This document shows positions 59,603-61,290 of a stretch of DNA of 61,290 nucleotides, one piece after another. Under the pieces are notes generated by a model, which was given only the letters and a program-made list of their open reading frames with translations, was not told where the DNA came from and made no database searches. A program made the position numbers and the translations under genes. The stretch lies in the IMG/VR virus record IMGVR_UViG_3300036668_000250, positions 1-61,290 of that record. One strand, written 5' to 3'. This DNA is from a virus. Lineage: Duplodnaviria; Caudoviricetes. Position 1 is the stretch's first letter; every line of letters begins with the position of its first letter.

Positions 59603-59926
59603 GTGTGGTTTCTTTTAGCAACAGTTCCCTGGGTTATCCTTTCTGTTGTGGCCCTTAAACTTCTCCTAAGATCAAACTCGTATCTAGAAGAATACGATGA
59701 CGAGGGAATAGGTTTGACTGAGGCAGTAGCAGATAGTATAATTACAGTTGCGGTATACGAAGATAAGGCTTACTGGGTTCATGAAAATATTTTTTATGAA
59801 GCAGACCTATTGGTTGAGCCTGATTTAGATACAGCGCGACCACTAGATACAATGTCGCTATCTACGGCAAAAGTTGTAGAGTTAATGGAGATTCTAGACG
59901 AACTAGAAGATCACGAAAGGGATTAG
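59603..59926 (+). CDS. Membrane-anchored acidic hypothetical protein
   Basis: N-terminal hydrophobic helix; GTG after AAGGAG. Confidence 0.65.
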   Translation: MWFLLATVPWVILSVVALKLLLRSNSYLEEYDDEGIGLTEAVADSIITVAVYEDKAYWVHENIFYEADLLVEPDLDTARPLDTMSLSTAKVVELMEILDELEDHERD

Positions 59927-59928
59927 TA

Positions 59929-60276
59929 ATGCATGTTGCTGTTCAAGGAACAACCGACTTTTCTAATTATGATGTGTTTATGAGATCAATGGGTGTAGCC
60001 CTTTCTTCTTTTGAAGGAAATGAGTTTAATGTATACAGCCTAGGTCCTAAAAAAGTAAATCAGTTTACGGCTGAGTTCTGCAACCTGTCTGAGAATGGAC
60101 TCAAGGCTAGGGGAATTGGCATTAATTTTTTCAATGTCGCTCCATCATTTTTTGTAGAAAACGTAAGCCTGTTTGATTATTTTATATTTCTTTCTAATCC
60201 AGACCATAGGGGGGCGTCTAAGTTAGCGAACTTTGCTGAAAGTAGTGGCGTTCCTATGGATATATTTAGATATTAG
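59929..60276 (+). CDS. Hypothetical protein, possibly SLOG/YspA-like
   Basis: VAVQGTTDFSNYDVF N-terminus resembles the GxRxFxDY motif. Confidence 0.5.
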   Translation: MHVAVQGTTDFSNYDVFMRSMGVALSSFEGNEFNVYSLGPKKVNQFTAEFCNLSENGLKARGIGINFFNVAPSFFVENVSLFDYFIFLSNPDHRGASKLANFAESSGVPMDIFRY

Positions 60277-60285
60277 GCTGTACTG

Positions 60286-60666
60286 ATGATGTCAAAAAAA
60301 GATAAATCGTATCTAAGTTTTGCTAGATATTGTGCAACAAAGTCTAACTCAAGAAAAACTCATGGGGCGGTGATTGTTAAGGGTGGAAGAGTTCTAGGAA
60401 CTGGATTTAATAAGGATAGAAACGACCCAAGCGTTGTTTCACCAGAGCACATTAAGGAGCACTGCTCCTTCCACGCAGAAGAGGTGGCTATAAAGGAGGC
60501 AGGACAAGATAATTTAAGAAATGCTGTAATATATGTGGCAAGAATAAATCGTCAGGGATTAGACAGAGACAGCAAGCCTTGTTCCCGCTGTAATGCTTTG
60601 ATAAAGCGAGTTGGAATAAAGCGAGTTATCTTTACCGCTGAAATTGGAGAAATAAATGTTAGTTAA
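60286..60666 (+). CDS. Cytidine/dCMP deaminase-family protein
   Basis: HGAVIV..GFN, HAE, PCSRC. Confidence 0.85.
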   Translation: MMSKKDKSYLSFARYCATKSNSRKTHGAVIVKGGRVLGTGFNKDRNDPSVVSPEHIKEHCSFHAEEVAIKEAGQDNLRNAVIYVARINRQGLDRDSKPCSRCNALIKRVGIKRVIFTAEIGEINVS

Positions 60667-60871
60667 TAGTTTGTTAGAAATGGAAAAGATAGTAGACTCC
60701 AGAGAAGATCTAGATTGGCATGGGTGGGATGTCGTAAGATATTTTAATAACGGGTCGATTATGTCAAAAGACTCTGTTTTCATTAACAATAAATGGCTTA
60801 AGAGAAAGATCTATCCAGTAAAGGAAGACGGATGGAACGTTCCTGATTCTTTTGGGGGCAGCCTTGCGTAA
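60656..60871 (+). CDS. Hypothetical protein
   Basis: 71 aa; RBS GGAG; overlaps both neighbours. Confidence 0.6.
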   Translation: MLVNSLLEMEKIVDSREDLDWHGWDVVRYFNNGSIMSKDSVFINNKWLKRKIYPVKEDGWNVPDSFGGSLA

Positions 60872-61145
60872 CTGGAAGGATGAAGCAAAATGCTTGGACA
60901 TGGACACTAACTTATTTTTTGACAAGTATGAAGAAGACCCACACCTTGCTGGATCAGTAGACAACATATGCAAAAGGTGCCCCGTAAATAAACAATGTTT
61001 TGCATGGGGAATATCTAACAAAGAGTGGGGGGTATGGGGAGGGGTCTACCTCAAAGAAGGAAAGATTGATAAGGAGTTCAACGCCCACAAGGAAAAGGGA
61101 GACTGGTTTGATATTTGGGAGTCTTTGACGATGGAGACACAGTGA
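60864..61145 (+). CDS. whiB: WhiB-family transcription factor
   Basis: W...AKC..FF..ICKRCPV..C..GVWGG four-Cys pattern; TTG start at 60864 or 60852. Confidence 0.9.
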   Translation: MRNWKDEAKCLDMDTNLFFDKYEEDPHLAGSVDNICKRCPVNKQCFAWGISNKEWGVWGGVYLKEGKIDKEFNAHKEKGDWFDIWESLTMETQ

Positions 61146-61290
61146 AGTACACCCCAGACGTGTCCGCCGCCATTAAGTCTATCCCCATGCCAGTGGAGAT
61201 CCCAGTTGATATCGTTGACTACGGAGAGTATCTGGGGATACGATTTTATGAAAGTGACTGGTCGCATCTTTCTGAAAGCGAGAGGTCTAA
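61142..61290 (+). CDS. Hypothetical protein truncated by the window end
   Basis: GTGA overlap with whiB stop; MKYTPDVSAAIKSIPMP.. open to the end. Confidence 0.55.
   Translation, partial: MKYTPDVSAAIKSIPMPVEIPVDIVDYGEYLGIRFYESDWSHLSESERS

Noticed and set aside
60830-60871. C-terminus WNVPDSFGGSLA as a fourth copy of the WGG..F tag
   Set aside because: Trp is not adjacent to GG and there is no following Phe

Overview
The window is a ~61 kb, AT-rich, partial genome of a large tailed dsDNA phage (siphovirus-type) with every credible gene on the + strand. A whiB gene, an r1t-type holin with an amidase, and many -10 boxes placed directly before start codons point to an actinobacterial host (inference). 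Gene order: tail-fibre-like genes (0.76-5.4 kb), class II ribonucleotide reductase nrdJ, a large virion protein, portal, prohead protease/scaffold, major capsid, head-tail genes, major tail, frameshifted tail chaperones, a 3463-aa tape measure, tail tip genes (to 40.6 kb), a replication/recombination module (DnaB, primase, SSB-like, DnaE, MazG-like, RecA, Cas4-like, RuvC-like), terminase, lysis genes, a deaminase and WhiB. I saw no tRNA, rRNA, CRISPR array or integrase. Two candidate new systems stand out. (1) dnaE is split inside its polymerase active-site region by a free-standing LAGLIDADG endonuclease gene, with no intein or recognisable intron, and the downstream half starts with a degenerate copy of the last ~65 aa of the upstream half. 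(2) A C-terminal K-x(1-2)-W-(G/Q)-G-x(1-2)-F tag is shared by the protease/scaffold and two small proteins encoded 44 kb away, one of them a paralogue of a domain inside the protease, which suggests a cleavable capsid cargo-loading signal. Also seen: a probable ATT start codon, an A9 frameshift in an HTH gene, a near-leaderless uORF coupled to the protease, and a probable chimeric junction near position 306. Product calls come from motif recognition and gene position only; no searches were run.
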